A stretch of 32,000 nt of DNA. Source: Ktedonobacterales bacterium. Lineage in GTDB: Bacteria; Chloroflexota; Ktedonobacteria; Ktedonobacterales; JADMIN01. Both the position numbers and the translations under genes were made by a program. Position 1 is the first letter of the stretch. Every line of letters begins with the position of its first letter. Shown one piece after another: positions 17,474 to 25,681 of this stretch. The stretch lies in contig CP126532.1 of assembly GCA_030167145.1 (NCBI GenBank), positions 3,810,001 through 3,842,000 of the forward strand, read 5' to 3'. The notes under the pieces are model-generated. The model saw nothing but the letters and a program-made list of their open reading frames with translations, was not told the origin of the DNA and made no database searches.

Positions 17474-18673
17474 ATGCCGGGGAACGGGAAGGTATTTGTT
17501 TGCCACGCGCACGCGGATAATGCACTTTGCGCCCCATTGCTCGCCGCGTTACAAGCATGGGGCGTGGACTACTGGTTTGATGCCGCCGCGATGGAGGCGG
17601 GCGCGGACCTCACGATGCGCATCCAGCAGGCCATCGCGGAGCGCGACATCTTCATCCGCGTCTGCACGAACGCCGCACAGCAATCGTATTGGGCGCGGAT
17701 TGAGACGAGCGCCTTCCGAGGCTTGCAGGCGCAGGCCCATCGTGGTGGAGAGGATGGCCGCCGTGTGCTCATCAACCTCATCCTCGACCCAGACTACCAG
17801 CGCGAGCCATTCGACCTGGTGGCCATCTTCATAGACGCCACACACCAGCCACTATCCGCCTGGCTCGATGCGTTGCGGCGAGCATTGGGCCTGCCTATCC
17901 CGAATGCACCTGTTGGATCGGCTTGGCCCCAGGAAGCAGCCTCCCCCACGGCGCCGCCCACTGTCAGCGCGTCGCCCGCCACAACGCCACACAAGTCGCG
18001 GCCCGTACGCCGTCGCGGCTCGCACAGCCGCGCTGCCATCCCGGCGGCGGTCGCGTTCGCCATCATCGTCGCGTTCACTGGGCTGCTCCTAAGCCAAACG
18101 GGCAAACCATTGCGAAGCGGCCACCTCCAGCCCAGCCCCACCGCGACCTGGACCTTGCCGCCAGCGCCAACCGCTACCCAGACACTGGTTCTCACTCCCG
18201 CCGGGCAAACAGCGGGGCCAGGGCCGCAACAATACACCTTCGCCGACGCCCACATTTCGATCCGCATTCCGCTGGATTGGGGCACCCCAAACGATGAGGG
18301 TCTTTGTTCGGCTTGCCATGCCGTTGTGATCAACGTGCCAGGACCATCGAACGCCTTCGCCACCATCGAATTGCTCACCGACCAGTGGGCCAGCGCATCC
18401 GACCCGCAGGTGGTGAACAATGCCGACGGCTGGTTTCTGGTGCAGGGCGGCGTCACTGAGCGAAGCCGCACGACAGTGACGGTCGGCGGCGAATCCTGTG
18501 TGCGCGGCGAGTTCACCTTCGCCACCAATGGTAACAACGTTACCTCCTGGCTGTTCGGCTGCCACCACGCGAATCATGAGTACATGCTGTATTTCTATGC
18601 GCTTTCATCCAAGTGGGCGGCCCAATCCAAAGGCGATATCGCCAGCATGGTCAATTCCATTCATTGGCTGTAG
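17474..18673 (+). CDS. TIR-domain membrane protein A (N-terminal TIR, 1 TM, PT-rich linker, C-terminal ectodomain)
   Basis: ORF 17369..18673. Start placed at ATG 17474 (MPGNGKVFVCHAHADN...), after GGAG and at the same start as the paralogue. TIR_2-like pattern: KVFVCHAHAD..., WFD...M..G.DL...I..AI.ERDIF, SYWARIE. TM helix AAIPAAVAFAIIVAFTGLLL follows RPVRRRGSHSR. Confidence 0.8.
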   Translation: MPGNGKVFVCHAHADNALCAPLLAALQAWGVDYWFDAAAMEAGADLTMRIQQAIAERDIFIRVCTNAAQQSYWARIETSAFRGLQAQAHRGGEDGRRVLINLILDPDYQREPFDLVAIFIDATHQPLSAWLDALRRALGLPIPNAPVGSAWPQEAASPTAPPTVSASPATTPHKSRPVRRRGSHSRAAIPAAVAFAIIVAFTGLLLSQTGKPLRSGHLQPSPTATWTLPPAPTATQTLVLTPAGQTAGPGPQQYTFADAHISIRIPLDWGTPNDEGLCSACHAVVINVPGPSNAFATIELLTDQWASASDPQVVNNADGWFLVQGGVTERSRTTVTVGGESCVRGEFTFATNGNNVTSWLFGCHHANHEYMLYFYALSSKWAAQSKGDIASMVNSIHWL

Positions 18674-18723
18674 GCGGGTCAGCGTGACACACCCACCCAG
18701 CACCATCTTGCGGGAGTATTGCT

Positions 18724-19833
18724 ATGCCGGGCAATGGGAAGCTATTCGTCAGCCACGCCAGCGCGGACATTCCGCGCTGCCAGCCATTGCTCGCGCTGTT
18801 GCAGGTGTGGGGTGTGGATTTCTGGTTCGACGCCCAGCAAATGAGCGCGGGGGAAGATCTCACCCAACGCATCCAGGCTGCCATCCGCGAGCGTGACATC
18901 TTTGTCCGCATCTGCACCCCCGCCGCGCAGCAGTCGTACTGGGTCCATCTCGAAGCCAGCGCCGCTCGTGGGCTGGCCGCGGCCAGCCCGCCGGGGCAGC
19001 GCACGTTCATCAATCTGATCCTGGATGCCGCGTACCAGCCTGAGCCATTCGATCACGGCAGCGTCGTCATAGATATGGTGCGCCAGCCCAAGGAAACGTG
19101 GCAGCGTGAACTGCGCCATGCGCTTGGTGTGCCGGAGTCTGCCCGGCAGCATGCGCCCAAAGAACGGAAAGCACGGCCAGCATGGCCCCGGACGCCCCCC
19201 TCCGCTCCAAAGCGGGCCGCGCTCGTGCCGCTGATCGCGCTCGTCTTGCTGATTGCGGTTGCGGGTGTGGCCTTCGCGTCGGGGGGCGCGCCGCTCGCGT
19301 TCTTTGCGCGTGCGACCCCCACACAACCCCTCACTGCTACTCTGTCGCCGACGTCTTCCCCCACTGCCTCGCCCACGCCGCTGCTGCCCGCCACGTTAGC
19401 CAGCACGGCCACGCGGGGCCCGTTCGGCCTCTTCACCATACGCTTCCCCGCCAGGTGGAACGTTGTCAATCCGGGGGCGCAGAGCTATGGCATGGAAGCG
19501 TCAGGGAACTACGCCTCTATGGACTTCAGCCTCGCCGACCCCAACCATGCGGACTGGTCGAATGATCAGTGGCTTGCTTTCATGTTGGAAAATGTAGCGC
19601 ATACCGCCTTCACTAAAGGCACGCGAACCATTGGCGGCATCCCCTGGGCCTGCTATAGCTTTCAAGAGCAGCTCTTTCCCAACGATCCTTCGACTATTGA
19701 AGGCGAGGCGATTTGCTTTGGACGCCGCAACGGCAACACCTACATCATTCAGCTTGAGGCCAGCGCCCCTGATTTCCATGCTGCCGACGTGATGTATTTC
19801 ACGCCGTCGCTGCGAACGTTCGCATTCACCTAA
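18724..19833 (+). CDS. TIR-domain membrane protein B (paralogue of A with a divergent ectodomain)
   Basis: 369 aa. MPGNGKLFVSHASADIPRCQPLLALLQVWGVDFWFDAQQMSAGEDLTQRIQAAIRERDIFVRICTPAAQQSYWVHLE. TM helix ALVPLIALVLLIAVAGVAFA follows KERKARP...PKR, then an STP-rich linker. GGGAG RBS; 50-bp gap from gene A. Confidence 0.8.
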   Translation: MPGNGKLFVSHASADIPRCQPLLALLQVWGVDFWFDAQQMSAGEDLTQRIQAAIRERDIFVRICTPAAQQSYWVHLEASAARGLAAASPPGQRTFINLILDAAYQPEPFDHGSVVIDMVRQPKETWQRELRHALGVPESARQHAPKERKARPAWPRTPPSAPKRAALVPLIALVLLIAVAGVAFASGGAPLAFFARATPTQPLTATLSPTSSPTASPTPLLPATLASTATRGPFGLFTIRFPARWNVVNPGAQSYGMEASGNYASMDFSLADPNHADWSNDQWLAFMLENVAHTAFTKGTRTIGGIPWACYSFQEQLFPNDPSTIEGEAICFGRRNGNTYIIQLEASAPDFHAADVMYFTPSLRTFAFT

Positions 19834-19923
19834 ATGTAGCCTCTGTCGTTCGCTATGGCACGGGCCTGGATTCTGCGATGACCTCTGAGGCCACGTATCT
19901 GGCGCGGCTGGCAGGGGGCATAC

Positions 19924-20631
19924 ATGGGACTTGTGCAGCAGATCCTCAACTTTGCGAGCCACCTGGCGCAGTACCTGCTGGCGGCCTTCGCTGAATACCA
20001 ACTGCTGACCTTATTTGTGGCGGTGGCGGTGGAAGAGGCTGGCGTGCCGATCCCGATTCCCAGTGATAGCCTGTTGATGCTGGCGGGTGCGCAGAATAAG
20101 CGGCTCACGCTCGAAGGCATCGTGCTGATGCTGGTGGCGGCGTTCTCGGCGGTGCTTGGCTCCTCGATTCTCTACGTTATCATGCGGCGTGGTGGGCGGC
20201 CATTTCTGCACAAGTATGGCAAGTATCTGCTACTCAATGAAGATCGCCTGGATTGGCTGGACCGCAAGTTCCAGAAATATGGACGCATCTCGCTCATCGT
20301 AGGGCGGTTGATCCCTGGGTTGCGTATTCTGGTAACGGTGCTGGCGGGTTTGTCTGGCATGCCGTATCCTGAGTTCTTTGTGACAGTGCTGATTGCCGCG
20401 CTGATCTGGGCAGGGGTCTACTACGGCATCGGGCTGGTGGCGGGCTATGGCGGGGGTATTCTCTTTACGGCGCTCTCAGACTTCCTCGATTTCGTGCCGA
20501 GGTGGCTGATCGTGGTGATCGCGCTGCTGCTGTTGGCGGGGATCGCGGTGGAGATATGGCACGCGCGCCGTGAGCGCCGCGAAGCCGAGCGACAGCAGCG
20601 CCCAACGGAGAAGCCCGCAGCCAGCGCCTAG
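19924..20631 (+). CDS. DedA/VTT-family membrane protein
   Basis: 235 aa. EEAGVPIPIPSDSLLMLAG and GRLIPGLRILVTVLAGLSGM are the two DedA signature re-entrant motifs. Confidence 0.85.
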   Translation: MGLVQQILNFASHLAQYLLAAFAEYQLLTLFVAVAVEEAGVPIPIPSDSLLMLAGAQNKRLTLEGIVLMLVAAFSAVLGSSILYVIMRRGGRPFLHKYGKYLLLNEDRLDWLDRKFQKYGRISLIVGRLIPGLRILVTVLAGLSGMPYPEFFVTVLIAALIWAGVYYGIGLVAGYGGGILFTALSDFLDFVPRWLIVVIALLLLAGIAVEIWHARRERREAERQQRPTEKPAASA

Positions 20632-20647
20632 ACTGAGACACGCTCTA

Positions 20648-21436
20648 CTATTCGGTCCCGCCGTCGGTGAGGGTGGGTACGCGGCGCGGCAGAGGTGTGG
20701 GTGTGGTGGCCTGCGCGGCGGCGACGGCGCGGGCGGTGTCGCGGCGGGCGCGCAGCCGGAGATAGAGGTCGGCGGCGAGCACGAAGAGGATGGGCACGGC
20801 GTGGACGAGGAGCGCTGAGGCGGGCAGGTGCTCCAGTTGGGGGCCAAGCTGCTCATCGTGAAGCAGCATATTGCCGGCCGTCCAGCCCAGCACCAGCGCG
20901 GCGACATCCAGGAGCCAGGGGAGCTTGTTGATGAGGGTGGCAACGATGGCGCTGCCGACCAGCACGAGACCTATGCTCAGCAGCAGTCCGCCTACCAGCA
21001 GGGGGATGTTGGCGGCGGCGAGCGCGCCGATGGCCAGCACGTTATCCAGGCTCATCGTCACATCGGCGACGAGGATGGTGGTCATCGCGCCGATGAAGCC
21101 GCGCTGGAGCTTTTCGCGCCGCGTCGCGTCGGGGAGGGTGGCGGGTTCGGCTTCAGGATGAATGTGGCCGCTACGGCCCGCGAGCAGCCGCACCGCAATC
21201 CACAGCAGCACGAGGCCGCCGATGGCCTGAAGCAGTGGGAATTGGAGCAGGAAGGTCGCGACGATGGCGAAGGTGATGCGCAGGACGATGGCGCCGCCGC
21301 CGCCGAAGACTATGGCGAGCCGCCGCTGACGTTGTGGCAGCCCTGCCGCCGCCGCGCCAATCACCAGAGCGTTATCGCCGCTAAGCGCCAAGTCTACCAG
21401 CACAATGCCGCCGAGCGCACCGAGAAATTCGAGCAT
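20648..21436 (-). CDS. TerC/YjbE-family integral membrane protein
   Basis: 262 aa. DLALSGDNALVIG and DVTMSLDNVLAIG are the duplicated TerC motifs, set in multiple TM helices. Confidence 0.85.
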   Translation of the reverse strand: MLEFLGALGGIVLVDLALSGDNALVIGAAAAGLPQRQRRLAIVFGGGGAIVLRITFAIVATFLLQFPLLQAIGGLVLLWIAVRLLAGRSGHIHPEAEPATLPDATRREKLQRGFIGAMTTILVADVTMSLDNVLAIGALAAANIPLLVGGLLLSIGLVLVGSAIVATLINKLPWLLDVAALVLGWTAGNMLLHDEQLGPQLEHLPASALLVHAVPILFVLAADLYLRLRARRDTARAVAAAQATTPTPLPRRVPTLTDGGTE

Positions 21437-21532
21437 CCGCTTCCGTCCTCACCTTGCGGGGCGCGACCCGCTCCACTTGTGCGCGCCGTGTCCCGCCGAA
21501 CAAGCTACACCATAGTCTATGCGTCTGAAGCT

Positions 21533-21546
21533 GTTCTGAGCAGAAC
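21533..21546. promoter_or_regulatory. Palindrome GTTCTG-AG-CAGAAC in the TerC / PhnD-like divergent intergenic region (candidate operator)
   Basis: Perfect 6-bp inverted arms with a 2-bp centre. Flanked by further YCTGAG copies at 21546-21551 and 21557-21562. Confidence 0.3.
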
Positions 21547-21578
21547 CTGAGCCAGATCTGAGAAGATCGGTATTATGT

Positions 21579-22448
21579 ATGAGCCGGTTGACCACGCGCC
21601 CAGGTATACTGCCCGCAATCGTCCGCGGTCTGCAAGAAAGCGTGCCAGCGATGCGCCCGATCCGATTCGCGACGTTCCTCGCGCCGAATATGCTGCCGGT
21701 CTATGAGGCAGTCGCAGCGTATGTGAGCCGCTGCCTTGGCATGCCGACTGAACTGGCGCCGGGGGAGCGATTCAGCGCGTTCGCTGCTGGTGAGGCAGAT
21801 GTGGGCTTCATTTGCGGGCTGCCCTATGTGGAACTGATGGGCGAGCGGGAGCCGTCTATCGAGTTGCTGGCGGCGCCGGTGCTGGCGGGCGAGCGTTATC
21901 AGCAGCGCCCGATCTACTATTCCGATGTGATCGTGCGGCGCGAGCAGCGTTGGCAGCGTTTCGCGGACCTGCGCGGCGGGTCGTGGGCATATAACGACAC
22001 CGATTCGCACTCTGGCTATAACGTGACGCGCTATGCGCTGGTGCGGCTGGGTGAGACTCGCGGGTTCTTCGGGCGCGTGGTGGAAGCGGGGTATCACCAG
22101 CGGTCTTTGCGCCTGGTGGCGGAGGGCGAGGTAGATGCGAGTGCGATTGACAGCCAGGTGCTGGCGATTGAGCTGCGGGAGCATCCAGAGCTGGCGGAGC
22201 GTGTGCGCGTGATTGATACGCTGGGGCCATCGAGCATTCAGCCGGTGGTGGCGGCGCGTTGCCTGCCCGCGACGCTGAAAGCGGATCTGCGCGCGGCGCT
22301 GCTGGGTATGGCGGCTGACGCCGAGGCGCGGGAGCGGCTGGCCCATGGCTATGTGAGCCACTTCGCGGCGGTGACGGATCACGACTACGACGATATCCGC
22401 GCGATGGTGGCGGCGGCTGAGGCGGTTGGCTTTCTGACGCTGCGCTGA
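21579..22448 (+). CDS. PhnD-like (phosphonate/phosphite-type) substrate-binding protein; no signal peptide evident
   Basis: 289 aa. IRFATFLAPN...GEADVGFICGLPYV...YYSDVIVRR...SWAYNDTDSHSGYN...VDASAIDS fits the PhnD/Phosphonate-bd fold pattern. ATG 21651 (MRPIRF) is an alternative start. Confidence 0.7.
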   Translation: MSRLTTRPGILPAIVRGLQESVPAMRPIRFATFLAPNMLPVYEAVAAYVSRCLGMPTELAPGERFSAFAAGEADVGFICGLPYVELMGEREPSIELLAAPVLAGERYQQRPIYYSDVIVRREQRWQRFADLRGGSWAYNDTDSHSGYNVTRYALVRLGETRGFFGRVVEAGYHQRSLRLVAEGEVDASAIDSQVLAIELREHPELAERVRVIDTLGPSSIQPVVAARCLPATLKADLRAALLGMAADAEARERLAHGYVSHFAAVTDHDYDDIRAMVAAAEAVGFLTLR

Positions 22449-22605
22449 AAGCCGCTCTGTTTGTGTATCTCGCTCACAGCGGATGCGCATCCGTGAAAAT
22501 GTGTATTCCATGCTCCTTGACCCCACCAGTATACTACGGTTGAGTTTGCTCCTCTCTGGCGGCTGTACTACGCCCATGACATAGACGACACGAAGGAAGG
22601 CTCAG

Positions 22606-24297
22606 GTGCCCAAGATCGAGATTCGCGGTGAGCAATTTGCGGCAGGAGATCTCTTCGGTGACAAGTTTGCCTTCTCTATCCCCCCGTATCAGCGCCCCTA
22701 TGTTTGGACCACCGAACATGCTGGTGAACTACTCGACGACCTGCTAGGGTCGCTTGGGGAGAGCGGCGAGGCAGTGGAAGAGCTAAGTCCGTACTTCCTC
22801 GGCAGTATCGTGCTTACCAAAGGCGACCGGCCAAACGCCCAGATTGTGGATGGACAGCAGCGCCTCATCACTCTTACCATCCTCCTCGCCGTGCTGCGCG
22901 CCCTCGTGCCAGAGCGTTACACTGAAAGCGTCACTCGGCGGCTGTACGAGCCAGCCGATCCGCTCAACAATATCCCCGCCCGCTTCCGGCTCCAGCCCAA
23001 GGAGCGTGACATTGGATTCTTCCAGGAATACATTCAGAGCGAGGGCGGCGTGGAGCGCCTACGCGGGCAGATACAGGGTGATCTGCCTGATAGCCAGCGC
23101 AACATGCGCGATAACGCGCTGCTCTACCTGCGCCAGCTTTCCAGTGTTCCGGAAGCCCAGCGTATTCGCCTCGCGCAGTTCGTCATTCAGCGGTGCCTGC
23201 TCGTTGTCGTTTCCACACCCGACCTTGATTCGGCGTACCGCATATTCTCGATTCTCAATGACCGCGGCCTGGATCTCTCCTACGCCGATATCCTGAAAGC
23301 GGAGATTATCGGCCGGATTCCGGAGCCAGAGCAGACTGAGTATACGGCCCGCTGGGAGCAGTTGGAAGAGTCACTGGGTCGCAAGGGCTTTGAGGAACTG
23401 TTTGGCCATGTTCGCGCCATCTATACCAAAGGATGGATTAGAGGCACTGTGCTCGACGGATTTCGCAAGCGTGTCATGGAGCCGTTAGGCGATCCCCAAA
23501 AGCTGATAGATGAGGTGCTGGCGCCCTTGGGCAATGCCTACTATGTGGTGCAAGGCGCTCGCTATGAGCACACCAATGGCGCTGACCAAATCAATATGCT
23601 CCTACGCTGGCTCCAACGTATTGACAATCACGATTGGCTGGCGCCAGCCGTGCTGTATCTTTCGCGCTACCACGACGCGCCTGATCGGTTGGCGCGCTTC
23701 TTCAGTGAGTTGGAGCGGCTTGCGGCCTCGATGATGTTGCGCCGTCAATACGGCGACAAGCGCGCACAACGCTACGCCCGCCTGCTGCGCGCTATCGAGA
23801 ACGGCGACAATCTGTCGCAACCCACCTCGCCAATTCAGCTCAGCCACGAGGAGTGTGAGGCAACTATCGGCGCGCTGAGTGGCGATGTGTATCTAATGCC
23901 CCCTACCGCTCGCAACTACCTGCTGCTGCGCTTGGATAGCTTTCTCGCGGCTAGTCTTGACCCTGGCTATGCGTATGGTACTCTCACTGTGGAGCACGTG
24001 CTGCCGCGCACTCCCAAAGCCAACAGCGATTGGGTGCGGTGGTTCCCAAATGCGCGTGAGCGGGCTACCTATGTGCATCGTTTGGGCAATCTTGTCCTGC
24101 TTTCTCGCGCCAAGAATGCCCAGGCGTCGAACTACGACTTCGACCACAAGAAAACCATCTACTTTGCGGGCGCGAACGGCGTTTCGCCCTACGCGCTGAC
24201 CACACAGGTGCTACGCGAGCACGAGTGGACGCCGCAGGTGATCGAACGCCGCCAGCAGGAATTGCTGCAATCGCTGAAGACGATGTGGCGGTTGTAG
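22606..24297 (+). CDS. GmrSD-family DUF262/DUF1524 protein (type IV, modification-dependent restriction-like)
   Basis: 563 aa with a GTG start after GAAGGAAGG. N-terminal DUF262 motifs FSIPPYQRPYVW and IVDGQQRLITL. C-terminal DUF1524 His-Me finger: TVEHVLPR...HRLGNLVLLSRAKNAQASNYDF. Confidence 0.85.
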   Translation: MPKIEIRGEQFAAGDLFGDKFAFSIPPYQRPYVWTTEHAGELLDDLLGSLGESGEAVEELSPYFLGSIVLTKGDRPNAQIVDGQQRLITLTILLAVLRALVPERYTESVTRRLYEPADPLNNIPARFRLQPKERDIGFFQEYIQSEGGVERLRGQIQGDLPDSQRNMRDNALLYLRQLSSVPEAQRIRLAQFVIQRCLLVVVSTPDLDSAYRIFSILNDRGLDLSYADILKAEIIGRIPEPEQTEYTARWEQLEESLGRKGFEELFGHVRAIYTKGWIRGTVLDGFRKRVMEPLGDPQKLIDEVLAPLGNAYYVVQGARYEHTNGADQINMLLRWLQRIDNHDWLAPAVLYLSRYHDAPDRLARFFSELERLAASMMLRRQYGDKRAQRYARLLRAIENGDNLSQPTSPIQLSHEECEATIGALSGDVYLMPPTARNYLLLRLDSFLAASLDPGYAYGTLTVEHVLPRTPKANSDWVRWFPNARERATYVHRLGNLVLLSRAKNAQASNYDFDHKKTIYFAGANGVSPYALTTQVLREHEWTPQVIERRQQELLQSLKTMWRL

Positions 24298-24299
24298 GG

Positions 24300-25346
24300 T
24301 TAGGAGCCGATGGCTGCGGTGGCAGGCAGGGCGTCACGGACCTTTTCACGGGTTCGCAATGGCGCGGTCCATTTGACCACGGCGGCGGCCCAGGTGAGGC
24401 CAGCGCCGAAGGCGACCATGCCGATGTGCGCGCCGGGGTAGACGCGGCCCTGCTCTATCGCCTCGCAGAGGGCGATAGGAATGGCGGCGGCAGAGGTGTT
24501 GCCATATTTTTCGATGTTGACGAAGACTTTCTCCGGCGGCAGGTTCAGCCGCTTGGAGGCGGATTCGATGATGCGCAGATTTGCCTGATGGGGAATGAAG
24601 AGATCCATGTCGGCGGCGGTCATGCCGGCATGGTCGAGCGCTTCTTCCATGGCGGTGCCCATGATGCGGGTGGCGAACTTGAAGACTTCGCCGCCTTGCA
24701 TCTGCACGTATTGGCGGTGGGCGCGCAGGCCCTCTTCTGTCACTGGCTCGGCAGAGCCGCCGATGGGAATCCAGAGCAGGTCGGGACGCGCGCCATCGCT
24801 GCCCATGGTGAAGCCGAGGACACCGCCCGGTTCGTCGCTGGCGCTGAGGACAACCGCGCCCGCGCCGTCGCCGAAGAGGACGCAGGTGGTGCGGTCGGTG
24901 TAGTCTATGACGCGGGAGAGCACTTCGACGCCGATGACGAGGATGTGCTTCATGCTGCCGTTGGCGAGGAACTGGTGGGCGGTGGAGAGGCCGTAGAGGA
25001 ATCCGCTGCACGCGGCCTGCATGTCGAAGGCTGGGCACTGTGCGCCGAGGGCGTGCTGCACGAGATTGCCGGTGGAGGGGAAGGGATAGTCGGCGCAGAC
25101 GGTGGCGACGATAATCAAGCCGAGGTCTTTGCCTTCGATGCCCGCACGTGCGAGCGCCTGACGCGCGGCGGCGATGGAGAGGGTCGAGGCGGACTCGCCC
25201 GGCCCGGCGACGTGGCGTTCTTTGATGCCGGTGCGGCTGGTAATCCACTCGTCAGAGGTTTCTACCATGCGTTCGAGATCGGCGTTGGTGAGGATTTTTT
25301 CGGGGACGGACATGCCCCAACCGGTGATCGCGCTATAGCCGCTCAT
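24300..25346 (-). CDS. fabH: 3-oxoacyl-ACP synthase III (KAS III)
   Basis: 348 aa. Cys-His-Asn triad contexts AACSGF, IPHQANLRI, YGNTSAA. N-terminus SDEWITSRTGIKERH. Confidence 0.9.
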   Translation of the reverse strand: MSGYSAITGWGMSVPEKILTNADLERMVETSDEWITSRTGIKERHVAGPGESASTLSIAAARQALARAGIEGKDLGLIIVATVCADYPFPSTGNLVQHALGAQCPAFDMQAACSGFLYGLSTAHQFLANGSMKHILVIGVEVLSRVIDYTDRTTCVLFGDGAGAVVLSASDEPGGVLGFTMGSDGARPDLLWIPIGGSAEPVTEEGLRAHRQYVQMQGGEVFKFATRIMGTAMEEALDHAGMTAADMDLFIPHQANLRIIESASKRLNLPPEKVFVNIEKYGNTSAAAIPIALCEAIEQGRVYPGAHIGMVAFGAGLTWAAAVVKWTAPLRTREKVRDALPATAAIGS

Positions 25347-25681
25347 TTAGAACTCCTACGCAATAGATAATGGCTTTTCGCGCGCATTTCTCACTTCGGT
25401 CGGATGGCCGGTTCACTCAGCGAAGGCATGTGGGAGCGCGCTGAAGATGTTCGCGGCCATTGTAGCATAGTTCACGGTTTTCTTGATACACCTTTCGCAA
25501 ATGTCCCATTATGAGCATCTTGCGACCATCCGCCTGTGATTTCGCCCTCGCCCTATGCACACCACCGCGCCACCTGCTACCATATCAGCAGGTCAATTTC
25601 CTGGTGTTCCGTGCCGCACGTGCGGATTGGCTACGCAGGACGCCAGCACCATAAAAGAACGATACGAAGGGAACGCGAGCG

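Noticed and set aside
17474-19833. Calling the TIR pair a Thoeris system
   Set aside because: Thoeris requires a ThsA-type effector (SLOG/Macro/SIR2) next to the TIR ThsB genes, and none is present. The TIR proteins here are membrane-spanning with ectodomains, which is not the ThsB architecture.
21437-21578. yybP-ykoY (Mn2+) riboswitch upstream of the TerC-family gene
   Set aside because: TerC genes are classic targets, so I read the leader on the minus strand. I could not find the conserved GGGGAGUAG and UUGACAUA/CAAGACC cores, only a weak AUGGUGUAGC. An Infernal scan with RF00080 would settle it, but by eye it is not supported.
22480-22493. Perfect 14-bp palindrome CGGATGCGCATCCG after the PhnD-like stop, considered as an intrinsic terminator
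   Set aside because: There is no loop (the effective stem is very short) and it is followed by TGAAAATG rather than a T-run. It might be a protein-binding site, but there is no evidence for function.
21573-22577. 334-aa minus-strand ORF antisense to the PhnD-like gene
   Set aside because: Extremely Arg/His/Gln-rich with no motifs. The opposite frame encodes a coherent binding-protein fold pattern.
17289-24297. Genomic island integrated at tRNA-Arg (TIR pair through GmrSD)
   Set aside because: I found no convincing direct repeat of the tRNA-Arg 3' end downstream; the best candidate near 22540 matches only GTT-GAGT. There is no integrase, and DedA/TerC look native. The 'island' idea is left as unsupported.
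24225-25370. 381-aa plus-strand ORF and 300-aa minus-strand alternate-frame ORF over fabH
   Set aside because: fabH in its own frame has the complete KAS III triad and length. The competing frames are Gly/Asp/Ala- or Arg/His-rich with no recognisable domain.
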